Part shown: in pieces, positions 24,600 to 37,332 of the stretch
How the letters are laid out: every line of letters starts with the position of its first letter
Numbering within the stretch: position 1 is the stretch's first letter
DNA from: Dicyema japonicum
Lineage: Eukaryota > Animalia > Dicyemida
Assembly (NCBI GenBank): GCA_011109175.1
Contig: RDEW01000037.1
Coordinates: 159,557 to 223,556, forward strand
Reading direction: 5' to 3'
Length of the DNA stretch: 64,000 nucleotides
The notes under the pieces: model-generated
The model's input: only the letters and a program-made list of their open reading frames with translations
Databases searched by the model: none
Told to the model about the DNA's origin: nothing
Program-made: the position numbers and the translations under genes

Positions 24600-26120
24600 C
24601 AAAAAATTATAATCCAAGGCTCAATGATTATTTTCCAAGAGGAAGAGTATTTTTCCATTCCACATCTAGAGTCACTAAATATCTACCGAAGGATCCCCCT
24701 CTTTTTCATTCTATTAAACCTATTCATGAGTGACATGCCTTCCTACAGCTGCGACGATACCCTATTCCTTGCTTACGCCGATGACTTAATCCTGGGAACA
24801 AGAGACTAGTGAATCCACACAGTGGGCACCCGAGAAACTAACTACACACAAGTCCTGAAAACTTTTACTATTTACTTCCAGTAGAAGATTGACTAACTCG
24901 GCGCCTCCATTGACCCTAAATGGAATAACAATTTCCTCCACAAATTCAACCAAAATACCGGGGGTCAGATATTCCAAAAGATTCCCAAAAGACCCAATAA
25001 TGACATTCAGCAAACATGTGAGCAACATAATTTCCTCTTCCCATCGAAAATTAAATTTTGTAAAATCTCTACTTGGATACTACAAGAGATGGTTCCATCC
25101 AACAGTAAATCATCTCTACTCCGTTCGAGGGATACGGGAGCTCTGCCAAAACTTCTAAACCTCCAAAAAGTTATTCGTCCTCATCGGAAATGTGTCGGAA
25201 CTCGGGGGGAACACCGAATAAAGATGGTCGGGATCACATGACGGCCTTTACTCTCCTTTGTTTTGAAATATTAAGTGTCGATCAGCCACAAGAATTTCTC
25301 TCGCTCCCTGCATGTCAAACGATGTTGTCCACAACATATACTGTTTTATTCACTCTCCATGATGTGGACAAGTCTATTAAATTGCTACACCTTAACCTTG
25401 CCTGTGGCCCCGACGGTGTCTGTGATATTCACCTCAACACATAGAACCTCGGGTACATATTGTTATCGAGACAACTATTCTATCAATTCCCATACAATAC
25501 CAAATATATAAACTAATTACATCAATTCTTAAGTCTGGAAAATCAAAAGACAATACATACTCTTATCTCCTTAACTTACGCTTTGTCAAAATTGTTGGAG
25601 AGCTTTTATTAATGCTAATCTCCCCTGTTTTACAATTTCTTGATTTTCAACATGGCTCAGAACAGGCCGTTCTATAACGACTCATTTAAGATCTAGTTAA
25701 TATAGAAGGCTTTAACATGAAGACGTATTCATGGACGGCTCTGGTATCTATTGATATACATTCGATTCTGTTAAGAGAACACTCCTAACTAAAATGATCT
25801 CTAATTCAAATTTACATCCGATTATCATGCTATAGCTGGAAAATTTCTTAACTGGCCGACGTGGAAGAGTCCGGATAGGTAAAACTACTTCAAGACTACT
25901 CCCAAATGGAGTCCCATAAGGTTCCTTTCTGTTTAACTTATTTTTACACAACTCACCTACTACCAAAGATAAGGAAACTATGAGATCCTAGGAGTAACAT
26001 TCGACTCTCTAATGACGTTTTTCAGTCTCATGAAGGAATTGTTAACCAAGGGGCTTCGAAAGTGGAACGTTCTAAAAGCTATCATAAAGAAGAGCCTTTT
26101 CTCACATGCAGCTTATATCA
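24600..26120 (+). mobile_element. Decayed I/Jockey-like LINE fragments (rearranged)
   Basis: LNLFMSDMP...LAYADD, PPLTLNGITI...TKI.GV, GPDG and GVP.GS remnants; related to the 30.2-31.1 kb copy. Confidence 0.65.
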
Positions 26121-26499
26121 GTAAACTCTTTCTTCAAGTTATTTTGTCTATAATTTAATATGAGGTTTTGTTTTTTTAACAAAAGGACAACATATTGCTC
26201 ACTTGTCGTCAGAAGGTCATGCGAAAGGAAAACGTTGTATTCTACTTTAATGCCCTCTTTTATTTTCGCGGAATTTTCAGGATTATAGGGTTATTATTGT
26301 AAGTCGCACTAGAAGGAACTGCAAGATAAATTTCTTGAGAGGTTAGGGAATCACCATTTCAGGACGGTGTCCTTGTTTGTTTACTTAGATTATTAAAGAT
26401 AGGTCCTAAATGCTGTCTGATGTGAGGATCTGATAGCTAGTTAAGTAACCCCAGCCTCACAAACTTTTAGGAGACTATTAAAGTAGGACGCATCAGGTA

Positions 26500-28020
26500 G
26501 TTTCTATAGATCGGTCAACTTTGGCATGGTAGGCAAACAGCGTAATAGATCAGGACATTCACTCGGAGAGGTTGCAAAAATAACCGAGGACATCTTTCAC
26601 ATCATCCTTTACGTAAGTAGAGAGGGATGATGTCCACGTCGTATACGAGCTAGATTTATCCTAATGTCTCTTGGAAGAGGGGTCGGTGTAGTATTTTATT
26701 ATAACCAAGTCTTAGGATGGTTTTTTTGTGAAACTGTGTCAAATTATCCTGGTTTTGAGGGATAGGGTAAAAGATAGCATTCAAGACTGGTCATGCTTTT
26801 TCATAATAATTTTTATTTTGTTTATGGACTTGCATAAAGAATGACAGAGATGGTCTGTATTGTAGGTATTGGGGAACTGTAGAACTTTCATTTTCAAATG
26901 GTCTGCAATGGAAAGGATTTCCAGTGAATATGATCAATAGGGGAGACATCCAATAATTGTTCTGAGTGCAATGTTTAGGATTTTNTATTTTGTTTATGGA
27001 CTTGCATAAAGAATGACAGAGATGGTCTGTATTGTAGGTATTGGGGAACTGTAGAACTTTCATTTCCAAATGGTCTGCAATGGAAAGGATTTTTGATTTC
27101 CAGTGAATATGATCAATAGTGGAGACATCCAATAATTGTTCTGAGTGCAATGTTTAGGATTTTTGTAGTTTTTTGATAGAATTGATGCAGATGGTGCTAA
27201 CAAGGACTTTCATAGTTAATTCTAGTTCAAATGAATTTTTATGATAGTTAGACTTTGTTTTGACCAAAAGAACACAGCTTTCAGTATGTTGATTTTTGCG
27301 AGAGGCTTTTATTCCGAAAATGACTCCAAGTATTTTTGAGCTGTTTAGTACGGAAAGTATTTCTTAAAAATAATTACAATTAAAAGGAAATTTGTCTGGC
27401 GATGGTCGAAAATGAAAAGAGTATGGTAAATTTAGATGGAGAAAGATAATTTACAATAAACTAGTTTTCAAGTAAGTTTAGTGATATATTGGTTGCTTCC
27501 CACTGTTTTTAAAACAATAAGAACTCATATGATAAAAGGAGTTTTTTGGAGTTTGTAGATGTAAATTGACAAATCTTAGAAGGAGTCTTAGGGTACTTCG
27601 TTTGGAAGGAATCAGAAATAAGACAAATAAGGCATTATTTCTGACATAAGAAATTTGTCAGCCGACTTTGAAGTTAGGAGGGATTTGATACGCAATAATT
27701 TTGTTACTAAGAACCCTTCTTGAAGTTCGATAAAATGGGCAATTGATAAAAGTATAGTCGTTGGGGAGGATTAGAGTTATTGAAACCTCATCGATATACT
27801 GAGTAAAGGTGCATATATGTTGAGTGTTGAAGAAAAAAACTTGTTTGAAAATGAAGAAATTCTTATATTAATATGAGTATGACTTGTTAGACAATTTTGG
27901 GTTATATATGTTGAGTGTTGAAGAAAAAAACTTGTTTGAAAATGAAGAAATTCTTATATTAATATGAGTATGACTTGTTAGACAATTTTGGGTTATTAGG
28001 ATGGTAGAGAAATCAGTCAG
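26500..28020 (-). mobile_element. Decayed I/Jockey-like LINE (EN/RT remnants)
   Basis: Minus-strand remnants LLDVSTIDHIHWKSKI..IADH resemble the 11.2-kb fragment; heavily mutated. Confidence 0.5.
26814..27167. repeat. Near-identical tandem copies joined by a single n (26985)
   Basis: 26814-26984 versus 26986-~27167; they differ by a 7-bp indel and two substitutions. Confidence 0.9.
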
Positions 28021-28289
28021 AAAGATCTTGGGCACGAATGATTTTTTTTTGTTTCAAGATTTTTATTAGCATGAATTTGATAATTTCTTTAGAGAAGTTA
28101 AGATAATAATTTTTATTATAACCTCTTGAGATGTGATTTTTGCAAGTGATGAGTAGGGCAAGTTTTGGCAACTAAAATTTCTAAAAAAGGCATCTAAAAA
28201 GGCATCTATGGCAACTAAAATTTCAAAAATTATTATTATTAAGGGACTTTCACGAAAGCATGTGCAACACTCAAAACAATATTTGGCGT

Positions 28290-30150
28290 AAATCTCTTCC
28301 ATTTTCCTCTGTCGAATGCAAGCGATCTTAATTTGTCTAGGTCGTCCCCCGTTTTGATCTTTTTTTCATTTGATTTAGATATTTAAGACAATCGGCAGTG
28401 TCGTTCTCGGTCGTCCGCGGAAGGGTTTGTCGCAACTGTCAAAGTAATCTTCCATCGCGTTGTTATCGAGCGCGTTCGGGTTCATTCTTAATACATGTCC
28501 AAATAGCCTCCACCGGGCATCTATCACATCCTTGCTGATGTACGAGCAGATACACTTGTTGTAAATACCACTGGTTAATATTCTACGTGGCCACTCCATT
28601 CCGATTAAGCTTTTTGTTGCTTTCTATAGAACGAATCCAATTTTGTCAGTTCTTTAAAGGAACTTCTCCATGTTCCAGCGTTGTACAGTAAGATCAGTAA
28701 CACAAAGGCGTTGTAAAGCCTGCATCTGATGTCAATTCCAAGTCCTTTATTTCTTAGCCATCTTTTCCTCAGTTTAGCCATTGTTGCATTTGCCAGTGTT
28801 TTCCTCCTTAGTACATTTTCAGCGTCTCCTAGTAGAGAGCCGAGCTTATTAGTACATCTCCATCTTTCATAAGTGATATCGTCTTCTTTTTTGATTTTAG
28901 TAATTTCGGTTTTGTTTACAATTACGCTGAGAAACCATTTCTCTAGCTCCGCAGGTGCATTTTCTAGTNAGCCATTGTTGCATTTGCCTTTGTTTTCCTC
29001 CTTAGTACATTTTCAGCGTCTCCTAGTAGAGAGCCGAGCTTATTAGTACATCTCCATCTTTCATAAGTGATATCGTCTTCTTTTTTGATTTTAGTAATTT
29101 CGGTTTTGTTTACAATTACGCTGAGAAACCATTTCTCTAGCTCCGCAGGTGCATTTTCTAGTAGGTGTTGGAGTGCGGTCGCGTCCCGTGATACAAAATC
29201 CACATCATCCGCATAAGATGTCTCTTCTATGTCTCCTATATAGCATTTACGGAGATCATGGAGTACAGATTCAAGATATATGGTGAATAGTAAAGGGGAG
29301 AGGGAATCACCCTGGGTGTCCCAATCATTGTTTTGAATCTGTGGGATGTTCTTTTTCTGTCCTCACAGATAGTCTTGTGCTCACAAGTAGTAGTCCTAAC
29401 CGACGATTCATCCAATATTTGTTTAAACAGTTTGTCTGTTTATTGAGTCAAAACCTCTGGAAAGACACGTCGTTGCGCTATTGAATCTTTCTATTCACAA
29501 CAAGGTCGTTGCGCTCTTGAATTTTTGGTGCGTTACACAGCGCCATTTATGGCTCCAGACAATGTCCGCTGAATCTTTCTATTCACAACAAGGTCGTTGC
29601 GCTCTTGAATTTTTGGTGCGTTACACAGCGCCATTTATGGCTCCAGACAATGTCTGCTGTAGACCTCCCTTCTCGGAACCCACTTTGACTTGCTTGTATG
29701 TATCCGCCAAACCCTTTATCAGACATAGTGCAATGTTTGGCAGCACCTTGCGTATCGAGTTTAGAAGTATGATTGGGTAAAAATTTTCTACTTTTCCTTT
29801 CGCTTTGTACGGTTTTTGTATTAATAATCAATTTCCAATTCCTAGATCGGTATTAGTTTCAAAAATGTCATTTAGATATTTTAAAAGCTAGGGGCTTATG
29901 TTGTCTGGCCCAACACTCTTGTTATTCTTCAGTTTATTTAGAGCTGATTCAACTACTTCCACTGTGATGCCACTCATTAATACCCTCGGTACTCTCTGGA
30001 AAGGGGGAAATTCGTCATTATCTGTATTCAGCAACATTTCAAAGTGACATGCAATTAATTCGGCCTTTTCTTCTAAATTACCTACAAATTTCATTCTTTG
30101 TTTTTGATTTGAAGGACGTTTTGTACTTTCTTTGTCCGCAGCAGCCATGA
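28290..30150 (-). mobile_element. RTE-like LINE family C, RT to 3' end (decayed, with internal duplications)
   Basis: SQSGFREGRSTADIVWSHKWRC, GTPQGDSLSPLLFTIYLE, YADDVDF, RWRLFGHVLR, FRGRPRTTLP. Duplications at 28776-28968/28970-29162 (n at 28969) and 29482-29569/29570-29657. Confidence 0.85.
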
Positions 30151-30229
30151 AGCCGCAAACATCATTGAATTGTCATTTAGGCATTCCATTTCAAAAATGG
30201 CATCTAAAAATTTTAATTTAATTAAAAAA

Positions 30230-31140
30230 AACAAAGGTAGGGGCTCCAGGCCCCCTTGAGCAGGCGCCTTATTTTCCCTCGGTGTTCCTCCCGAGTAACG
30301 ACGCACTTCCTCTATAAACTAATCACTTTTCGGAAGTTTCCGTTCTCCTCACGAGTTCCTAGAATTGGTTTTAATGAAGAGGAGGATCTTTGTAGAGTTT
30401 TCGTTACTGTCTCTTGGAAGGAGTTTAATTTCTTTAGGTTGATGTGGTATATGTTAGTACCCCATGCGGCGCAGCAGTAACTGATTAACGGAAGTATATA
30501 TTGGCAGTAGAGATGATTTACTGTTGGATGGAACCATATCTTGTTTATCCAATTAGCGTTTTTACAAAGTTCAATTTTTGCTGATAAGAGGAGATTATGT
30601 TGCTCACATATTTGCTGAATGTCATTAGTGGGGCATAAGTGACCCCCAGTATTTTGGTTGAATTTTTGGAAGGGATTGTTATTCCATTTAGGGTCAATGG
30701 AGGCGTTGAGATAGTCAATCTTCTATTGGAAGTGAATATAATAGAGCACGACTTTTCAGGACTTGTGTGTAGTTGGTTCCTCGTAAGCCAACAGTTCAGG
30801 TTATCCAGTGAATCTAGTAAGCGGATACCCACTGTGTGGATGCATTGGTCTCTTGTTCCCAGTACTATCGTAAAATTATTTAATTTATTTAATAACCCCG
30901 AAAAGGAACACCAAGAAAGAAGGAGTAAACCAACTAAATAAGTGATCCCGGTACACCTCAAAAGGATCGAGAGGTTTTTCTTATATTCCTTCTGAGTACT
31001 CACGAGTTTCCTGTACCGACGATGATCACCTTTTATTAGAATTTGAAGATGGGTGGGTTTTTTTCCAATTTACGTGTATTTGAGGCTTCTATTCTTGAAT
31101 GGAAGAAACGATTTGTTTCGTGCCCACACAGACCGATGAA
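30230..31140 (-). mobile_element. I/Jockey-like LINE 3' portion
   Basis: WLTRNQLHTSPEKS...PPLTLNGITIP...KILGVT, homologous to 24880-25230. Confidence 0.65.
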
Positions 31141-31289
31141 ACCGGAACCGTTGTTTTCGATTGAGGCGTGGTCAAGCATTGGGGGAAAAGATCGGCAGAT
31201 AGATTCGTTAGACGTACCAATTTGACTGTTAGGGCCAAATTATCGTAAAATTAATAATAAAAGAAAATCAATTTTTGTTTATAACGAGT

Positions 31290-32330
31290 AAATTAACTAA
31301 TTAAGCTGATTTTGATCCAGATTGTTGGTAATCCCTCTTCTCTTAAAGAAGAGTGTGCCGTAAACTCCCTGTTACTCCCCATCTCCACATCAGAAATATC
31401 TCCGTTCGAGTCCATGGGCTGTCCCCACGGCATGCCAGTTCCACAAGTTGGGAGGTAGCAGAGGCGTACTCTTCATCGTATACCATCATCCCATGCTTAT
31501 GTTCAATGTGCATACTTTCTATCGTTTTCTTCAGAGAAATCGATTGAATGTAAGTCCTCGTTGATTCTTCAATAGATAATTCATCCATATGATTCTTGAA
31601 GCATTATGAGACAACTCCATCCCATATCAAAACTACTGGAAAAATCTTCACTTGACATTCATAGAGCAGCGAAAGTTCATTTGCAAGCAAGTCGTATTTG
31701 TGAAGTTTCTCAACTTGCTTTAGTCGGTCTTGTGAGGTAATCCCCACTTCAATTAAGGTTATTTTCTTCTTTGTTTTGTCATGCACAAAAATATCAGGTT
31801 TATTGTATTAGACTTTTGGTTTAGTCATAATCGACGTGCCAACTCTGATTTCGACATTTTGATTCGTCAATATCGACTGAACCGAATGTCCTTTCAATTT
31901 TCTGCTTTTTTTGATTCCATAGATTCGTCAAATATGAATGCACTTTAATACTTCACTATGTATTCGGAGATTATCACTATTTAGCATTTTACCACACTGA
32001 GTGGCCAAATTATCAACAGNNNNNNNNNNNNNNNNNNNNNNNNNNNNNNNNNNNNNNNNNNNNNNNNNNNNNNNNNNNNNNNNNNNNNNNNNNNNNNNNN
32101 NNNNNNNNNNNNNNNNNNNNNNNNNNNNNNNNNNNNNNNNNNNNNNNNNNNNNNNNNNNNNNNNNNNNNNNNNNNNNNNNNNNNNNNNNNNNNNNNNNNN
32201 NNNNNNNNNNNNNNNNNNTGGCGCTCTTTTGACACATGGATCTAACGAGGCCAAGGCAATGAGGGTAATGCCAAATTTCAATTGTGGGCGGAAGCCTTAG
32301 AGAGTTTAACGCAGTCAAAATGAAAAAACT
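31290..32330 (-). mobile_element. R4/Dong-like RLE non-LTR element C-terminus (family F)
   Basis: VDNLATQCGKML...EVLKCIH (CCHC region), NKPDIFVHDK...LIEVGITSQDRL..VEKLHKY (PD-(D/E)xK endonuclease); spans an N-gap. Confidence 0.8.
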
Positions 32331-32449
32331 TTTGCAGAGGAGAGACTCGATTTTTGGGTATTGATAAGATCGAATAGGAACAAATATGATCTCTTAGACT
32401 CGATTTTAGTCATTTATCTTTCTTTCTTGGTGGAGATTAAGCACAAAGT

Positions 32450-32760
32450 CAAAATTACTATTATTATTAGCATTTTCACTAGACCATAATATTTACAGCT
32501 TCGCATGTGCAGCAAAAAATATAAGAGAAAGAGTTAGCTTGCTAAAAGCTCTTCTGTTCTTAGCCAGATCCTTTAGTGTGTCCAGGTCGTCACCAGATGC
32601 CAATGTTTTCTTCACGGCTTTTAGATCGTTTTGTATAACGGAGGGTTGTTCTCGGTTTTCCACGAAAGAGTTTTACATTGGAGGAGTAGTAATCTTCCAT
32701 TGCGAAATTCGAGGGGATATCGGGTCCAACCTCAGGACGTGTCCAAAAAGTCTAATGATC
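32450..32760 (-). mobile_element. RTE-like family A 3' end
   Basis: VLRLDPISP...KPRTTL..I.NDLK followed by the family A 3' UTR and (TAA)n tail, as at 10430-10506 and 42200. Confidence 0.75.
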
Positions 32761-33293
32761 TCGAGACAAATTCTGAATTTAAAAATTAATTTTTTTATTT
32801 TTGCGTTATGTCGTACGATTTTGTGATAAAATTTGATAATCAATTTTTATTTGATTAAATGAAATTAGTTTTAACAAATTTTTAAAAATCAAGAAATTTG
32901 CAGTCACCAGAATAGTTTGAGAGTCTTTGAGACCAATATTTTGAAAGAGGCACTGATTCCTTCTTTCAGTGTATTTCAGAATAACTTATTCAATAATGCT
33001 TTAATTTGTAAAATTCAATAATCCAATCAATAATCCATTAATTATATCAATTTATTGGACTGTGGTTTTAACTCCAGTTTGTCTAACACGTGATCATGAA
33101 TAAATTATCATGCCCAGTATGTCTAATCAATGTCATTCATTATGTCAAGCGTGAGATATCGTTCTTTTTATATAAAGTTTGGTTTTTTAATTTTAAATAT
33201 TGATTTTTAATCAAAATTTTAAGGTTAATTTAGCAACAATCATAAAATGCTGATATATAATTATTCAGATTTTATAATGACGTAAAATATCAA

Positions 33294-35466
33294 ATGCAAG
33301 AAGGTAAATTGTGTTTGATGATTAAGCGTATTTTGAAGAAGTCCATTATATTAGTTGGAATCAGTACACAGTTCCAATAAAACACGGAGAATTCAGTAGA
33401 TTGCCACTGGTTGTGAAAAAGTTCATTATGGATCATGTTTTGCTCGATTGTGAATCTAATAGGTGGAAATATTCAAACCAAGGGCTATCTACATTTGTGA
33501 TGGATCCATTAGGGAGGAAAAGGAAATCATAAATAGACTTTTAAATCGTCGAATCATTACTAAAATGAAGCCTAAAAACTGGTGCAATTTATAGTTAATT
33601 TAGCTATTTGGCAAGGACTGATCCTGCTGATGTGGCTAGAGTTGAGGCTAAAACATTTATTGTCACCCCTGATAAATATGAGAGTGTTTCCCACTCGAGA
33701 GAAAATTCTAAGACAAAAATTGGACAGTGGATGTCCCCCGAACAGGCTGATAAGGAGTATGACAGCAGATGGCCAGGGTGTATGGTAGGTTAGATGTTCC
33801 TCTTACATTTTTACAAGGTCGTTTGATGTATGTGATTCCATTTCTGATGGGTCCCATGGGAAGTCGATTTAGTAAAGTTGGAATACAGATCACAGACTCT
33901 GGATATGTGGTACTGAGCATGCACAAAATGACACGCGTTGACAATCAAATTTGGGATATGGTGGAGGAGGACAACTTTGTAAAGTGCATTCACTCCACTG
34001 GTTGTCCCAGAACAAATGAAGCGAGTATTCTATATTAAGTATTTCAGCATATTCAAAATATCCTTGGACTTGTAACCCAGGAAAAGTGCTTATTCTTCAT
34101 TTTCCTCATGAATATAAAATTATGTCATTTGGGAGTGGATATGGAGGAAATTCACTTCTTGGAAAAAAGTGTTTCGCTCTAAGAATTGGGAGTTATATTG
34201 CCAAGAAGGAGGGATGGTTAGCAGAACACATGCTTGTTTGACTAACAATTAAATTGTAGATTTTGGGGATCACAAACCAAGACGGAAATGAGAAATTCAT
34301 TGCTGCAGCTTTCCCTAGTGCCTGTGGGAAGACAAACATGGCAATGATGGAGTCAATTTTACCTGGAATGAAAATCCGTTGTATTGGTAATATGTGTTGA
34401 CATTGTTTAGGGGACGACATTGCGTGGATGCGATTCGATGAAACTGGACAACTTTATGCTATAAATCCTGAAAGTGGATTTTTTGGAGTAGCTCCTGGGA
34501 CAAATTGGAAGACAAATAAATATGCGATGGAGACGATAAAGGAGAATTCTATATTTACCAACGTGGCATTAACCAAAGACGGAATGCCTTATTGGGAGGG
34601 TCTTACAATAAATGACGTTTTATCACCTCCATATTTGATAGGATGAAGTAATAACTGACTGGAAAGGAGAAAAGTGGTCTAAAAATACTTCTTCCACTCC
34701 AGCTGCTCATCCAAACTCCAGATTTACAGCACCTGCTAGTCAGTGTCCAGTCATTCACCCACGGTGGGAGGATCCGGAAGGAGTTCCTATAAGTGCTATT
34801 ATTTTTGGAGGTCGTCGACCGAAAGGTAAGCGAGTTTTTATTACATAGGTATTCCTCTCGTTTATGAGGCCAACAGTTGGACTCATGGAGTCTTTGTTGG
34901 TTGCCAACTTAAATCCGAGACTACTTCGGCTGCAGAATTTAAGGGTTATATATGAACATACATTTATAGGCAAATCGATAATGCATGATCCAATGGCTAT
35001 GAGACCATTTATGGGGTACAACTTTGGGGATTACATCAAACACTGGCTTAGTTTGGATAATGGGTTCAATAAGGTAGGAATATTACATTATAAAGATTCC
35101 TAAAATATATCACGTTAATTGGTTCAGGGTTGATGAAAATAATAAATTTCTATGGCCTGGATTTTCTAATAACGCACGTGTATTGAAATGGATTTTGGAC
35201 AGATTGGACGGAAAGGACATAGGAATGCCGAGTCCATTGGGATTGATGCCTATTAAGGGTTTATGATATAAATTAGTAAAGGAAGCATTGACACACTGGG
35301 ACTGGATGTTGATTGGGATAAATTGATGCAACTTGATAAGGATGTCTTGCTTGATGACATTAATGAAACTATTGAATTCTTTGATCAAGTTCTTGGATGC
35401 GATCTTCCAGAATCCATTAAGAAAGAGGCTGAAGATCAAAAATCAAGGATAATGTCAATGAATTAG
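33294..35466 (+). CDS. PCK: Phosphoenolpyruvate carboxykinase (GTP-dependent)
   Basis: Spliced: [112 protein letters not shown]; stop TAG at 35464-35466. Twelve GT-AG introns of 22-29 nt. The start may extend slightly upstream. Confidence 0.95.
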
Positions 35467-35689
35467 ACATTACTAATACTTAATTACATTTTCTCTATTC
35501 AAATATAATTACACAAAATATCAGTTCCAGAGTTTTATTCAACTATTGATCCTTCACATTTTGAATACAAAATAGAATAGGGAAAATTTTATGGCAACTA
35601 AAATTTCTAAAAATGGCATCTAAAAACGAATAATAAAACCATCGTAAAATTTATAAATCGGCCAAATAATTTTTTATTTATTGTCGTAT

Positions 35690-37140
35690 GTCATAAGAAC
35701 CCGGGCCGTTGATACGGCTTGATAAGACAAATTTATCACTTGAAAACATTAACAACCACTAGGTATTGTCTCTAGAGAAACAAAATAGAGAGAAGTTAAA
35801 TCCCCAAGGAAAAGAACCGAGATATAAGGTTACTTTATAGCTAATTCCGGAAAATATTTAGGTAATGTCATTATTATTAAAAGTGAGTTTAGAAAGCTCT
35901 TATACATTCAAAGACGCCGACAAGTACCCAGTGACCAATTGGCCCAGGGCCCTGTTGATGATGGTGTATCGGTTTTTAAATTTAATTATCCGTTTTTTGA
36001 CCCTCATTTTTCTCATTTTTTTCACTGAAAAAAACCGCATGGTTTCTCATAGGGGAAGTCCTTGATCTGCTTCCTAACCCTTAAAAGTTTATCTATTTAG
36101 AACCTCTCGATCAGAAAGAAAGAAAAACAGGAAAATGTAGAACAGTTAGGTGATCACAGTTCCCACAATCAGTTCTCACTACCGTACGAAAGAGCCTTCT
36201 CTTATTCCTACAGAGGAATCTGATTGGAGAAAAGAACTTTTTAGCCTTCGCTGGAGAAGATTTACTTTTGCCTCGGAAATTGACAAATGAAGCGGATTTT
36301 CATCTTCCTCACAAACGAGAAAGAATCAGGATTCGCGACTAAAAGTCTTATCTCCCGTGAGTAGGGTGTTGATCCAAATGAGGGCCTAACATGTGAATAG
36401 TTTTCTTGTATATTGAATTGAGTTTTTGGAGAGTAGTCTCTGATAAAGTGAATCTCTCGCAACAGAGGCATACTCTACAGGCACGATGGTTTGCCGGTAG
36501 ATTGTTGCAACAGAAACATCCAAATTCAAAGGGATACTCTTGACAAGTGCACATACAATTTTCAACTTCTGGAAGCCTTTGGTGAAGACTTCTCCACACC
36601 ACGCGGTACTGATTATTGTCCCCTTTCGACTTCTTATTAATCAACATTGTGAGCTGCCTAAAGTATCTCTGAACAGCTCCTCTATGGACTGGAAGGATGG
36701 TATTACACTACTTACTGGTGGCCTTGCCACGATTTATGAACAATTTATCCGACCAACGATGACGTATGCAAGTCCTTCATAGGCAATGAAGATTTCACGA
36801 TCCTTCTCATTGAAACTATCCGCAATCGAAGAGACTGCAATAAAGTTAATTGGAGCAGAACACAAAATCCAGCCCATTGAAAATTTCTTAATCGAATTAC
36901 AACGGAAACTCTTAAAAAAGTCTATTTTACCGAGCTGTCCTCTATTCCATACACTATCGAAATATCTACAATCATACAGAAATTTTGACCCAATGCCATG
37001 CCCAATGAGAAGAGCTGTTCAGGATTCTCGACCCCGCTGGACTCGTCCTCTCCTTTGTCGGTCTGAGGTCACTTAGTTTGATGAGAACTTTTATTTCTTT
37101 CTCGTTGACCCAGTGATCCTGGAAATAATAATAATAATTG
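35690..37140 (+). mobile_element. Decayed I/Jockey-like LINE
   Basis: 3' part reads IYEQFIRPTMTYASPS...KLSAIEETAIKLI and ends in (TAA)n at ~37125-37140; the 5' part is heavily mutated. Confidence 0.6.
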
Positions 37141-37332
37141 TTAAAGTTAAAGACTTCTTATTAATAAAAGACTAAAAAACATAATAAATAAATAAAAAAA
37201 CGTTAATTAATAATGAAATATTAATATTTTTAATTAATATCTCAAATTAGAATTATAATAAATAAATATAAAGCGTGTCGTTGTTTTATAAACTTGCGTA
37301 AAATATTTATCTAATGTATAATAAGTCATCAA

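Noticed and set aside
33463-33482. Apparent 20-nt intron in PEPCK
   Set aside because: An alternative 26-nt intron (33437-33462) gives KFIMDH|[14 protein letters not shown], which fits PEPCK spacing better.
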